Part shown: positions 7,648 to 17,365 of the stretch, piece after piece
Position numbering within the stretch: position 1 is the stretch's first letter
How the letters are laid out: every line of letters begins with the position of its first letter
NCBI GenBank assembly: GCA_050123235.1
Contig: JASFHL010000001.1
Span: 20,651-84,650, forward strand
DNA from: Candidatus Woesebacteria bacterium
GTDB lineage: Bacteria; Patescibacteriota; Microgenomatia; UBA1400; PJMF01
Length of the DNA: 64,000 bases
Reading direction: 5' to 3'
Position numbers and translations under genes: made by a program
Notes under the pieces: model-generated
What the model saw: only the letters and a program-made list of their open reading frames with translations
What the model was told of the DNA's origin: nothing
The model's database searches: none

Positions 7648-10600
7648 ATGACAGAAGCTGATAATTTGATTAAAACTAGTTTCCTCAAGAAGATAGTTGC
7701 TTTCTGTTTTTTTTCTTTAATCAGCCTTTTAGTTTTTAGCTTAGCTCAAATTCTTTTAGATAAGAATCCAAGTTTTACTGGGTATGATGATAATTCTCAA
7801 GTTTTAAGATCAGCTGAAAATTTAAAACAGAGCAATAGAGCTAAAGTTTTAGCTGCTGCTGATGAAAGAACAGACAGGCAATCATTGATGACTTTTAATA
7901 TTGAGACAGTTTTTAAAAAATTACTAAAAGTTGCTGGATTGAAAGTAGAGGAAGAGGCTGAGTTCGCTGGTACTAGCACTTTTAATGCTGCTTCAGAATT
8001 TAATGATAGTGTTACTTTTAATGGAGATGTTAATTTAGCAGAAAATGTGACAGTCAGTGGTCCATTAACTTTACTTAATGATATCACTGGCAAAAATATT
8101 AGTTTAGACCTAGGCACTACTGGTAAACTAACTGCTAGCAATGTAATCTATTCACTTACAGCAGGGGATGGTATTAGCATCACTAGTGGACAAACGCCAA
8201 CCATTACTAATGACGACCCTGGTTCTGATCAATTGATTTTTTCTACTATTGAAGTTGATGGCTCTGGTGTCACAGCTGGCTCCAATACTGATACTCTCAA
8301 GTTTATTTCTGGATCTGGAATAAGTTTGAGTCGATCAGGTAAAGAGATCACTATTTCTGGTACAGGCATAGGCTGGACAACAAGCGGTGATTATGTGATT
8401 TTGTCTGATTCCACAGATACTGTAGGAATTGGTACTGCCACTCCCAATGCTAAATTGGAAATTAATAGCGGGAGCGATGATACTTCTGGTCTACGTTTTA
8501 CCCAGCTGACTGGCGGTTCTACTTCAATTTCCAACCCCAGTGGCGGCAAAGTACTAACTGTTGATGCAGGCGGAAATGTAATCTTGGTTGATGATCAAAC
8601 TGGAGGTAGCCAAACTGCGGAGGAGATTCTACCTAGTGCTAGCCAAGGTGGCACACTATATTACAACGGCAGTAATTGGGCTTCTAGCACTAATCTTTAT
8701 CATTATGGTGGTAATGTGGGTATTTATGAAACAGGTCCTCAAGGAAGATTACATGTGACCACCAATTACAATGTGATTGGCTTAGTAGTGGAAAGAGAAT
8801 CTGGTCAAACTTCTAATCTCACCGAATGGGTAGATGCAAACTTTACAGCTGGAGATACTCCGCTTTCATATATTGATACTAGTGGTAATTTTCATGGCGA
8901 TGTAGTGGGCGATGTTACAGGTTCAATTAATCCTAGTCTTACAACAGGGCAATTAGCTTTTCAAGGAGCGTCAGGTCTAAGTGGGGATGATGGCTTGTTT
9001 TGGGATAATACTGGCAAAAACCTAGGTATTGGTACTACTGATCCTGGTAGTAAACTCCAAGTTGCCGGTAATATCACTCCTACTGTGACGGATTATGATT
9101 TGGGGACTTCTAGCTTGAGGTGGGATCTCTATGCCAATACTATCAATGCTGACAACACTATTACTTTGACTGGTTTAGGTATAGGCACTGACAATACTGT
9201 CTTGATTCTTGATTCTAGTAATCAAGTCACTACTGATGAAATTGATTCCAGAGTCTGGGGTTCTAGTTTAATCGATGGCTCTGGCACTCAAAATTACCTA
9301 ACTAAATGGTCTGATTCTGATTCTCTAACTGATAGCTTAGTTTTTGATAATGGTAGCAGTGTTGGCATCGGGACTAGTGCGGTAGATCACCTACTAAATG
9401 TAGGCGGTAATATGGGGCTTTTTGCTGATGCTTATATCAATTGGGGTAGCACTGACGGTTCCGATGGTTATGGCTTAAGAGATAATAGTGGGGTTATAGA
9501 ATATAAAAACAGTACTGGTGACTGGGCTACTTTTGCTTCTTTGAGTAATGATTCTTATGCCTCTCACCATGATCGTGTGGTAGATCCTAGTGGAGGTGGT
9601 ACCGATACCACTATCGCTGATGCCATTAGTAATGCTTCTGCAGGCGATGTAATCTTTATTGTGCCTGGCACTTATAGTTTGTCTAGCAACTTAAGCATTG
9701 ATAAATCCTTAACTTTACTTGGTGCTGGTCGTGATGCCACCATTGTTAATGGAGTTGATGGTAGTGAAGCGACTATCAGCATTGTTGATGGAGTCAGTGA
9801 TGTGCAAATTAAAAATATGTCTATTACTAATGCTGGCAGTGGTTCTACTGATCATGTAATCCAAAAATTAGATAATACAGCAGGTGGCACTGGAGAAAAC
9901 TACTTATTTGAAAATCTAGAAATATCAGGTGGTTACCGTGGTATTTATATGGAAGATGGTGATCAAACTTCGATTATCAATTGTTATATTCATGATACTG
10001 GCAATATCGGTGTGCAAGTAGATAGCTCCAATGATCTACTAGTTTCTGATTCTGTATTTGAGTCAACTGGCAATAGTAGTGTCTACTTACAGAGTAGCTG
10101 GCGGGCGAAAATTACAGGTAACTATATCGAAGAAGCTGGCGATGATGGGATTTACCTCTATGGTGCTTATTATTCTACAGTCTCTAATAACACTCTTTTT
10201 GAAGTTGCTGATGTAGCAATTGCAGCCAGAGAAGCAGATTACAGTACTATTACAGCTAATGTCATTCAGGGAAATAAGTCTACTGATAAAACAAACATGG
10301 GTATTTATCTCAGGCAAGTTGATCATTTAGTAATTTCTAATAACAGCATGTATCGAATTAATGGTGATGGTATTGATACTTATGCTTCTGTGGCAATTAC
10401 TGATGTGGCAATCACTGGTAATGCCATTTATGATTCAGAGGGTTATGGTATGGATCTATCCTTAAGTGCAGCAGGTGGTAATTTTACTGTAACAGGCAAT
10501 AGCCTTAATGACAATGATTCTTATGGCATTCATTTGAATAATGAGTTTAAAAATTCCTTAGTTGCTAATAACATTTTTACCAGCAATGCTTCGGGGGATA

Positions 10601-11943
10601 TTCTAGATGATGGTGGTAGTGGCAATATTATTGGGCCAAATAAAGTACAGTCTGCCACCAACGTGATGACACTAGATAATTTTACAGTCACCACGGCTGG
10701 TCAGGCGGCTGCTGTTGATGGCATGGTCACTAAGGTAGTAGCTGGAGCCTGTTCAGATGCTCAATTTACTGCAGACACCAATGGTTTACTTTGCATAGAT
10801 TCCACTAATGGTCGCATTTATTTCCGCTATGGTGATGCCTGGCACTATACTGATGAAACAGCTGGTTTTCAGATTCCTGATCATGAAACATATAGCTATG
10901 ATTTCGAAAATAAAAGATTTGATGAGAGTTCGCCCATGGTTGAAGGAGATTTTCTTTTGCCTTTTGTAGAAAGATATATGGAAGATGGGGCAGTGCACGC
11001 ACTTCATACAAAGTTTAGTGATGTCAAAGAGATTATTTTATCAGATCTTTACGAGCAAGTAGCTGGTCACGAAATAGAGATTCAAAGTCTTGGTGAGATT
11101 GCTGATGATAAAGAAACCCTGGCAGCTTTACAACTAAGTTTAGAAAATTTTGAAACTAGGGTTTTGGGATTAGAAGATAGCTTGGCTGCAATTGAAACAG
11201 AGCTCGAAGAAGCCACAGTTGATCAAAAGATGGTGGAGCAGGCAATTCTGAGTGATTACCTGAGTAAGGCAGAACTATCAAGTTTTGCTAAATTGAGCTA
11301 TCAGCTCTGGACTTTTGTAGCTGAAGTGACTTTTAAGGCCAAAGCTAGTTTCCAAGGGACAGCTGAGTTTTTGGCAGAGACTATTTTTCATGCTGAAACT
11401 AAATTTAAAGATAAGGCTCAATTTGAAGCTGAGTTAGTGGTTGATGAGAGTACAGCTGGTTTAGTGATTTTGAAAAAGGGTGAAACAGAGGTAGCAGTTA
11501 ATTTTACTAGAGAATATACTAATCAGCCGATTATCACCTTGACGGCAAGGGGAGAAGCAGCCTTAAAAGATAATCTTAGTTATACAGTAATGAATGAAAG
11601 TAAAACTGGCTTTAACATTAAAATTAATCACGCCCAAGACCAAGACTTAGAATTTGCTTGGCATGCTTTGGCAGTGGAGAAGACTGAAGCTGATCTAGAA
11701 GCGGCGCTGAATAATGCTGGTGAAACTGACGCAGCTCAGCCAGAGAATAGTGTAGATACAGATGAGACCCCAGAAATAAGCCCAACAGAAGCAGCTAACT
11801 CAGCGGCTACGGAATCTGCGGTGGTGGATATGTCAGAGCCGACAGCAGCCGAAGAAGATGGAGAGAGCAACAGTGAAACTGGAAGCAACACCAGTGAAGG
11901 TGAAGATGCTAACCTGTTGATTCAAGGTCAAGATAAATTTTAG
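7648..11943 (+). CDS. Giant cell-surface protein with signal anchor, GIGT-type fibre-like repeats, right-handed parallel beta-helix (pectin-lyase-like) repeats and acidic C-terminal tail
   Basis: 1431 aa. N-terminal TM (IVAFCFFSLISLLVFSLAQIL). Repeated VGIGTATPNAKLEI / LGIGTTDPGSKLQV / VGIGTSAV motifs. PbH1-like repeats (ISGGYRGIYMEDGDQTSIINCYIHDTGNIGVQVDSSNDLLVSDSVFESTGNSSVYLQSS...). C-terminus is D/E/S/T-rich. Confidence 0.7.
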   Translation: MTEADNLIKTSFLKKIVAFCFFSLISLLVFSLAQILLDKNPSFTGYDDNSQVLRSAENLKQSNRAKVLAAADERTDRQSLMTFNIETVFKKLLKVAGLKVEEEAEFAGTSTFNAASEFNDSVTFNGDVNLAENVTVSGPLTLLNDITGKNISLDLGTTGKLTASNVIYSLTAGDGISITSGQTPTITNDDPGSDQLIFSTIEVDGSGVTAGSNTDTLKFISGSGISLSRSGKEITISGTGIGWTTSGDYVILSDSTDTVGIGTATPNAKLEINSGSDDTSGLRFTQLTGGSTSISNPSGGKVLTVDAGGNVILVDDQTGGSQTAEEILPSASQGGTLYYNGSNWASSTNLYHYGGNVGIYETGPQGRLHVTTNYNVIGLVVERESGQTSNLTEWVDANFTAGDTPLSYIDTSGNFHGDVVGDVTGSINPSLTTGQLAFQGASGLSGDDGLFWDNTGKNLGIGTTDPGSKLQVAGNITPTVTDYDLGTSSLRWDLYANTINADNTITLTGLGIGTDNTVLILDSSNQVTTDEIDSRVWGSSLIDGSGTQNYLTKWSDSDSLTDSLVFDNGSSVGIGTSAVDHLLNVGGNMGLFADAYINWGSTDGSDGYGLRDNSGVIEYKNSTGDWATFASLSNDSYASHHDRVVDPSGGGTDTTIADAISNASAGDVIFIVPGTYSLSSNLSIDKSLTLLGAGRDATIVNGVDGSEATISIVDGVSDVQIKNMSITNAGSGSTDHVIQKLDNTAGGTGENYLFENLEISGGYRGIYMEDGDQTSIINCYIHDTGNIGVQVDSSNDLLVSDSVFESTGNSSVYLQSSWRAKITGNYIEEAGDDGIYLYGAYYSTVSNNTLFEVADVAIAAREADYSTITANVIQGNKSTDKTNMGIYLRQVDHLVISNNSMYRINGDGIDTYASVAITDVAITGNAIYDSEGYGMDLSLSAAGGNFTVTGNSLNDNDSYGIHLNNEFKNSLVANNIFTSNASGDILDDGGSGNIIGPNKVQSATNVMTLDNFTVTTAGQAAAVDGMVTKVVAGACSDAQFTADTNGLLCIDSTNGRIYFRYGDAWHYTDETAGFQIPDHETYSYDFENKRFDESSPMVEGDFLLPFVERYMEDGAVHALHTKFSDVKEIILSDLYEQVAGHEIEIQSLGEIADDKETLAALQLSLENFETRVLGLEDSLAAIETELEEATVDQKMVEQAILSDYLSKAELSSFAKLSYQLWTFVAEVTFKAKASFQGTAEFLAETIFHAETKFKDKAQFEAELVVDESTAGLVILKKGETEVAVNFTREYTNQPIITLTARGEAALKDNLSYTVMNESKTGFNIKINHAQDQDLEFAWHALAVEKTEADLEAALNNAGETDAAQPENSVDTDETPEISPTEAANSAATESAVVDMSEPTAAEEDGESNSETGSNTSEGEDANLLIQGQDKF

Positions 11944-12166
11944 CCTGATTTGCAATTAATCTTATCACCCCTAAATCAAGTTTAATTTCTTTAAATTTTT
12001 TTTTATTTTTGTGTAGAATTAATTTATTTTTGATAATGGAGATAAAATTGCTGTGTTGAGGTAAAACATCAAAGACACCTTCTTCATTTTCCGATGAAAT
12101 AGCATCAACTTCCTCTTCGAGGATCAGTCCTTTAAGACTGAAGATTTTTATCTTTATTTTGTCCAT
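11909..12166 (-). CDS. atpC: ATP synthase epsilon-like protein (N-terminal beta-sandwich domain only)
   Basis: 85 aa. IFSLKGLILEEEVDAISSENEEGVFDVLPQHSNFISII ... LDLGVIRLIANQAKIYLD aligns with the epsilon pattern [35 protein letters not shown] ... GGFLEV.PDKVTILA. Lacks the C-terminal helical hairpin. Overlaps the last 35 nt of the giant gene on the opposite strand. tRNA-Pro lies immediately upstream on the same strand. Confidence 0.5.
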   Translation of the reverse strand: MDKIKIKIFSLKGLILEEEVDAISSENEEGVFDVLPQHSNFISIIKNKLILHKNKKKFKEIKLDLGVIRLIANQAKIYLDLESTG

Positions 12167-12247
12167 TTTTTTATTAAATTTATTATGGCAAATTTTTTAA
12201 GTTAAGACTAGGGTGGAGCTTAGCTTTTCAAAGTAGAAAGTTTAGTG

Positions 12248-12321
12248 TCGGAGATGGCGGACTTGAACCGCCGACCTCACGCTCCCGATGCGTGCGCTCT
12301 AGCCATCTGAGCTAATCTCCG
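12248..12321 (-). tRNA. tRNA-Pro (anticodon CGG)
   Basis: Reverse complement gives a 74-nt cloverleaf: acceptor CGGAGAT/ATCTCCG, D-arm TAGCTCAGATGGCTAGAGC, anticodon loop ATCGGGA, T-arm GGCGGTTCAAGTCCGCC. Confidence 0.85.
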
Positions 12322-12324
12322 GAG

Positions 12325-13746
12325 TTATTTCAATTCAATGGCGTATAAATTTTTAGGAGTGTCAGGGCTAAAGGAAGTGAGAATAATAATTTTGCTACCG
12401 TCAGGCCAAGGATAAATAAAGTCATCGGCAAATGGGCCAGAATAAAGACTTTTTTTATTGGTTGCATCGTATTCCATAATGAAAATTTTTTGATCTTTGA
12501 TAAAAACAAGATGCTTTGAATCTGGGAACCATTGCAGGGTATTGATCAATAATGAACTGTGATAATTATTAAAATTCCTCACTGTTTGGGCTGAATCACT
12601 CGCTTGCAATCTAGTAAAAGCACTAGGAGATGACTCTAGTTTTATAGGAGTTTTGTTATAGATATCTGTTGCCAAAAGTTGCTTAAGATTGCTCAGTTGA
12701 GCACTTGTAGTAGCCTCTCCTTCAGTGACTGAGACTTCAGGAGTTGCTTCGCTTGCTTCATCCGATTTGTCAGTAATGATTTCTGCAGCAATTTTAAAAT
12801 TTTTATCTTCTTCTCGGTCGTAGATATAGATAGAGCCAATCTCTAATTCCCTAGACTCAGCTTGCGTATTGCTGGCAACTAAAGGGGGGATAAGATTCTC
12901 AGCTAAATTTAGGTCTGCAGTGGCAGTGTACAAAAGCCGTTTTTTATCCGGTGAAATGTATACATTTTTGGCTGACTCGGTGGCAATTTTTAAAATTTCT
13001 TCAGGAAATTCACTTAAAAACTGTCTTTCTCTAAGATACATTTCTTCTTCCCAAGTAGAAAGAATTTGTTTTCTTTTGAAGCTAATATCAGCTAGTTCTA
13101 CTAGATTATTTTTTTTATTAACATCAATTAGCATTTCTTTTTTGTCGGTGATGATAATGATTTCACTACTATCAGGTGACCAAATAAAAAAAGCATCTTC
13201 TAAGTTAATGTTAAGATTATCTTCAGCCAGGAATTTGGGTTCTTTTTGTAAAGGTAAAAAATTATTGTTTAGTTCCAAAAGATAAAGACCATTTTTATTT
13301 TCAGCACTGGCAGAAGCAGTGTAATAAAGAATTTTTTGTCCATCTGGAGAAGGGGAGATATTTTCAACACCAGTGAAAGTGAGAGGAGTCAAGCTTGGGG
13401 CAGCTGGAAAGAGTTGAGCATTAGTTTGGGTGACCAATTCCTTTTCTACTTGTAGTTGTTTTTTCCATTCAAGATAACCTTCTTTGACAATTTTGACTAA
13501 GTAGCTACCAGGTTCTAGATAAAGGGTTTCATCAGTGGCAGTCACCAGTCTGCCATCAATAAAGACTTGCGCTCCAGGAGGGAAAGAGTTAGCACTGAGC
13601 AACCCTAATTCACTTACTACTCCTTGTCTACTGAATCTCCAGTTACCTTTGGCATATTGAATAGCAGTCACAGCTCCAGCTGCGATGACTAAAAAAGAAA
13701 AGAGTGTATAAACTAAGCGAGCATTGATTTTTTTCAGAAATTTCAT
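12325..13746 (-). CDS. Membrane-anchored TolB/PD40-like beta-propeller protein with N-terminal PEGA-like domain
   Basis: 473 aa. N-terminal TM. PEGA-like GSYLVKIVKEGYLEWKKQLQV. Repeated SPDG/SPDS/SPDK...I.I/LLY motifs typical of PD40 repeats. Confidence 0.5.
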   Translation of the reverse strand: MKFLKKINARLVYTLFSFLVIAAGAVTAIQYAKGNWRFSRQGVVSELGLLSANSFPPGAQVFIDGRLVTATDETLYLEPGSYLVKIVKEGYLEWKKQLQVEKELVTQTNAQLFPAAPSLTPLTFTGVENISPSPDGQKILYYTASASAENKNGLYLLELNNNFLPLQKEPKFLAEDNLNINLEDAFFIWSPDSSEIIIITDKKEMLIDVNKKNNLVELADISFKRKQILSTWEEEMYLRERQFLSEFPEEILKIATESAKNVYISPDKKRLLYTATADLNLAENLIPPLVASNTQAESRELEIGSIYIYDREEDKNFKIAAEIITDKSDEASEATPEVSVTEGEATTSAQLSNLKQLLATDIYNKTPIKLESSPSAFTRLQASDSAQTVRNFNNYHSSLLINTLQWFPDSKHLVFIKDQKIFIMEYDATNKKSLYSGPFADDFIYPWPDGSKIIILTSFSPDTPKNLYAIELK

Positions 13747-13849
13747 TGACTTTTATTATAGTATAGAAAAGGTTAATTTTCCTATTTACTATTTTTTTTA
13801 AAAAATAATAAGTAAATTGAATATTAAATGTTAGAATTATCGCAACATA

Positions 13850-14872
13850 ATGAAAAAATTTTTAAATAACTTCAATCGCTTGATTGGCATTGACTTAGGT
13901 ACTAGTCAGACTCGGATTTGGAGTGACAAAGAAGGCTTAGTGCTGGATGAGCCGTCTTGTTTGGCTGTTGATATTTTGACAAAAAAAGTCTTGGCAGTTG
14001 GGAAGGAAGCCCTGGAGATGAAAGGTAGGGTAGATAAGAAAATCGGAGTTTATTTTCCTATGCAAAAAGGTCAGATTTATGACCTTGATTTAGCTAGAGC
14101 AATGTTGAGAGTTTTTTTACAAAAAATTTTAAAAAGTACTTATTTTTTTAATCCCAATATGATGGTCAGTGTTCCAGCTTTGGTAAGTAAAAATGCTGAA
14201 AGGTTGACTGCTGATCTATTTTATTCTCTTGGAGCTAATCAAGTTTTCACCATCAGAGAACCATTGGTAGCTGCTATCGGAGCTGGAGTACCAATTTCAG
14301 ATGCTTCAGCCTGCTTTATTTTACAAATGGGAGCAGGCATAGTAGAGGGAGCGATTATTTCTTTGGGTAGCCTAATTGACTATCAATCTAGTTTTCAAGC
14401 CGGGAATTTTTTAGATCAACGGATCATTTATGCGGTCAGAAAAAATAAGCAATTACTTATTAGTCAAGAGGCAGCTGAAAAATTAAAAGTCAAGATAGCC
14501 TCAATTTCAGCAATCGACAAGAAAGAGGTTTTGGTGATGGGCAAGGATATTGCTCAGTCTTCACCTAAAGAGTTAAGTATCAACTCTGGGGATTTAATGC
14601 CAGCCTTTGAAAAAATTTTACTTGTTTATATTAATTTATTAAAAACATTGTTATCCAAAGCTCCCCCAGAATTGATAGTTGATGTAATTAACAAGGGGAT
14701 GTTATTGTCTGGAGGTTTAGCTAAACTTGATGGTTTGGAAGAGCATTTAGTAGCAACTCTTGGGGTACCAGTTTCAGTAATTGATAATCCTAAGCTGGCA
14801 GTGATCAATGGTATTGCTACAGTTTTGGAAAATTTGGATGAGTTTAAAGAAAGTTTGGGTTATCAGCAATAA
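13850..14872 (+). CDS. mreB: Actin-like rod-shape protein MreB family
   Basis: 340 aa. Phosphate-1 motif IGIDLGTSQTRIW. REPLVAAIGAGVPISDASACFILQMGAGIVEGAIISLGSL matches MreB EEPMAAAIGAGLPV...GGGTTEVAVISLGG. Confidence 0.75.
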   Translation: MKKFLNNFNRLIGIDLGTSQTRIWSDKEGLVLDEPSCLAVDILTKKVLAVGKEALEMKGRVDKKIGVYFPMQKGQIYDLDLARAMLRVFLQKILKSTYFFNPNMMVSVPALVSKNAERLTADLFYSLGANQVFTIREPLVAAIGAGVPISDASACFILQMGAGIVEGAIISLGSLIDYQSSFQAGNFLDQRIIYAVRKNKQLLISQEAAEKLKVKIASISAIDKKEVLVMGKDIAQSSPKELSINSGDLMPAFEKILLVYINLLKTLLSKAPPELIVDVINKGMLLSGGLAKLDGLEEHLVATLGVPVSVIDNPKLAVINGIATVLENLDEFKESLGYQQ

Positions 14873-14934
14873 TTTCTTTGATTTCTCAATATTTTTTTGT
14901 TATATTAGATCTAGGAATTTGTCTTTAATTTTTT

Positions 14935-15189
14935 ATGAATAAGTCAAAAACAAAGAAAAATAGTAATTACAAACCCCCAGCAAGTATTGATGAAGCAAGG
15001 TTTAATTATCGTTATCGAGGTAAGATTGTGGTGGCCTCTGGAGGTCAAGTTTTTGGCACTAAAAGTGCTGAGCGAGCAGTGAAGATTGTTGAGCGTTTGA
15101 AAAGAAAGTATCCATCAGAAGTGCCGACTATTACTTATTTACCCAAAAAAGATCAAATGTTAATTCCTACTTTAGCGAGTAAAAAGTAA
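14935..15189 (+). CDS. Hypothetical small basic protein
   Basis: 84-aa ORF in an intergenic-sized gap with consistent AT-rich codon usage. No recognizable motif. Confidence 0.3.
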   Translation: MNKSKTKKNSNYKPPASIDEARFNYRYRGKIVVASGGQVFGTKSAERAVKIVERLKRKYPSEVPTITYLPKKDQMLIPTLASKK

Positions 15190-15267
15190 TTAGTGAAAAA
15201 GCTCTTGATCAGAGATAAGTAGAGAATTTTAGATTGCTTATCAAGGCCGAACTTAGCTATTTATTTT

Positions 15268-15732
15268 TTGAACATGAATCAATTTTTGCAAACAATTAAA
15301 GAAAAATTTTTTTTTTGGAATAAAAGCAAAGAAGTTGCTTTTTCTTTTAAATTAGAACCTTCAGCTTTATTTGGTCAGATTTATTCACCCACGATTGATA
15401 TTTTACTCTGGTCCAGGAGAGGAGAAGATTGGATAAAGACGCCAATCGTGATCGATACAGGGGCTGATTATACAATTTTACCTGAATTTTTGGCCTTGCA
15501 GCTGGGAATTGATCTGCAAAAAGACTGTGAGCGATTACTGACTATAGGGGTGGGTGGTAAAACTCCTGTCTATTTTTATCCTCGGCTAAGGGTTAGAGTA
15601 GCAAACTTTGAGCGTATTATTCCAGTTGGTTTTTTAAAGGCAGAAATCCCAGCTTTGATGGGTCGTCAAGCATTTTTTGAAACCTTTGAAACAAGTTTTA
15701 TCAGGAATAAAAGAATTTACTTCAGAGAGTGA
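15268..15732 (+). CDS. Retropepsin-like (clan AA) aspartic peptidase domain protein
   Basis: 154 aa. IVIDTGADYTILP contains the D-T/S-G-A catalytic motif in its hydrophobic context. The size fits single-domain retropepsin-like bacterial proteins. Confidence 0.5.
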   Translation: MNMNQFLQTIKEKFFFWNKSKEVAFSFKLEPSALFGQIYSPTIDILLWSRRGEDWIKTPIVIDTGADYTILPEFLALQLGIDLQKDCERLLTIGVGGKTPVYFYPRLRVRVANFERIIPVGFLKAEIPALMGRQAFFETFETSFIRNKRIYFRE

Positions 15733-15741
15733 GCAGTTAGT

Positions 15742-17331
15742 TCAGCTCAAGTTTTTAGCTTGGCTTGCAAATTGTTCACCCCGGTCACGGTAATCTATAA
15801 ACATGCCAAAACTAGCACTAGCGGGGCTGAGCAGCACTACATCTCCTGTTTTTGCTTGGCTGTGGGCTATTTTGATAGCTTGTCTCATGTCTTTAACAAA
15901 ATTAACTTTTGGTAAAGACAAGGTTTGGAGCTTTTGACTCTTTCCAGGTTTTTTTTGAATTGTGCTGGCTTGTTCTTTGACTGCCTGCCAGATTCTTTTG
16001 CCAGTTGTAGGGAAGAGAATTAGGCTTTTTACTTTTCGTTTGAGTATTTCTTTGGCTAAATCATGAAAATCCTGTTTTCGTTCATATCCACCTGCCAGGA
16101 GAATTATTTTTCCGCTGTCAAAACCCTGCAAAGCCGAGATGGTAGCATCAGGCATGGTAGCCAGGGAATCGTTGTAATATTTAACGCCTTTAATTTCAGC
16201 CACTAGTTGCAGACGATGAGCCAGTGATTTGAAACTTTTAATGCCTTGGGCAATTTGCTGCTTACTGATTCCAAAAAGTCTGGCTACTAGCACTGCCGGC
16301 ATGACATTCTGTAGATTGTGTTTACCAATTAAAGGAATATCTTTGATGGCGATAATTTTTACTTCCTCTTTGCAAGGAGCTGGAGTTTGGGATGGAATTG
16401 ATTGCTTAGTTTGAACTATTTTTAAGATTTTTTTATTTACTATTACAAAATTATCTTTAATATAAACAATGGAATCATTTTTAGCTTTTAAAGCAAATTT
16501 AAAATGTTGTCCTTGGCTTAACTTAGCTATTTTCTTTGTTTTAGGAAAAGAATCATTACATATTACTTTATATTTTCTATCTTTTTGATATTTTGTGATA
16601 GACGATTTAGCAGCTACATATTCTTCAGTACTATTATAGTAATCTAGGTGTTCAGAGCTGATATTTTGGATGATTGCTATCTGGGGGCTAATGTTTAAAT
16701 CAGCTAGTTGATGACTTGAAAGTTCTATTATTACTATACTTTTTGATTTAATTTGATCTAGCTTAGAAAGCGGAGGAGAACCAATATTACCTAATAAAAC
16801 AGCATCAAGTCCAGCAACTTTTAGAAGATGATGAACAAGCGAAGAAGTGGTGCTTTTGCCTTTAGTGCCAGTGATGCCGATTGTGATAATATTTTTTGCT
16901 TCGATCAAAGCTGGAAATTTTTTTTGCTTAGCCTTGAGTGCTGGCCGAGAAGCTAGTTTTTCTTGATTGGCTGCTTTAATAATTTCAAAAAAAAGTTGAG
17001 TGTTAGAGCTGATAAGAGCCTTGTTCTTCTTGGCTGTTTGTAATTCTTTGAGATGTCCAGGTATACCTGGAGTTTTAAAAATCAAATCAAATTTTTCTAT
17101 ATTTTGAAGGTAATTTTGACCTAAGTTTAGTTTTAAAAACTGATCTTTTTTTATAATTTGTTTAACCTTTTGATCTATTTTGTTTAAAGATCTCTGATCA
17201 GCTATAGTTAATGTTTTTTTGGGAAAATGTTTTCTTAAAAACTGATAAGTTGATTGGCCTTCACGGCCAAAACCTAGAATCAGGATTGATTTATTTGCCA
17301 GTTTTTTTAGAATTTTTTTTGAAGTTCTCAT
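15742..17331 (-). CDS. murD: UDP-N-acetylmuramoyl-L-alanine--D-glutamate ligase
   Basis: 529 aa. N-terminal ILILGFGREGQSTYQFL. Mur ligase P-loop ITGTKGKSTTSSLVHHLL. C-terminal GGYERKQDFHDLA ... VLLSPASASFGMFIDYRDRGEQFASQAK closely follows the MurD C-terminus (VLLSPACASFDQF..F..RG..F). Confidence 0.85.
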   Translation of the reverse strand: MRTSKKILKKLANKSILILGFGREGQSTYQFLRKHFPKKTLTIADQRSLNKIDQKVKQIIKKDQFLKLNLGQNYLQNIEKFDLIFKTPGIPGHLKELQTAKKNKALISSNTQLFFEIIKAANQEKLASRPALKAKQKKFPALIEAKNIITIGITGTKGKSTTSSLVHHLLKVAGLDAVLLGNIGSPPLSKLDQIKSKSIVIIELSSHQLADLNISPQIAIIQNISSEHLDYYNSTEEYVAAKSSITKYQKDRKYKVICNDSFPKTKKIAKLSQGQHFKFALKAKNDSIVYIKDNFVIVNKKILKIVQTKQSIPSQTPAPCKEEVKIIAIKDIPLIGKHNLQNVMPAVLVARLFGISKQQIAQGIKSFKSLAHRLQLVAEIKGVKYYNDSLATMPDATISALQGFDSGKIILLAGGYERKQDFHDLAKEILKRKVKSLILFPTTGKRIWQAVKEQASTIQKKPGKSQKLQTLSLPKVNFVKDMRQAIKIAHSQAKTGDVVLLSPASASFGMFIDYRDRGEQFASQAKNLS

Positions 17332-17365
17332 TAGGACCTTAATTCAAAGATTGTTTTTGGCTAAT

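Noticed and set aside
7797-8141. Antisense and internal ORFs reported in the six-frame track (e.g. 7797..8141-, 10087..10326-, 12869..13285+, 23160..23423-, 24258..25040-, 31411..32070, 33872..34352+, 45-60 kb small antisense ORFs)
   Set aside because: All lie entirely inside longer ORFs with clear homology or consistent architecture on the other strand. No RBS support. Typical spurious frames of AT-rich DNA.
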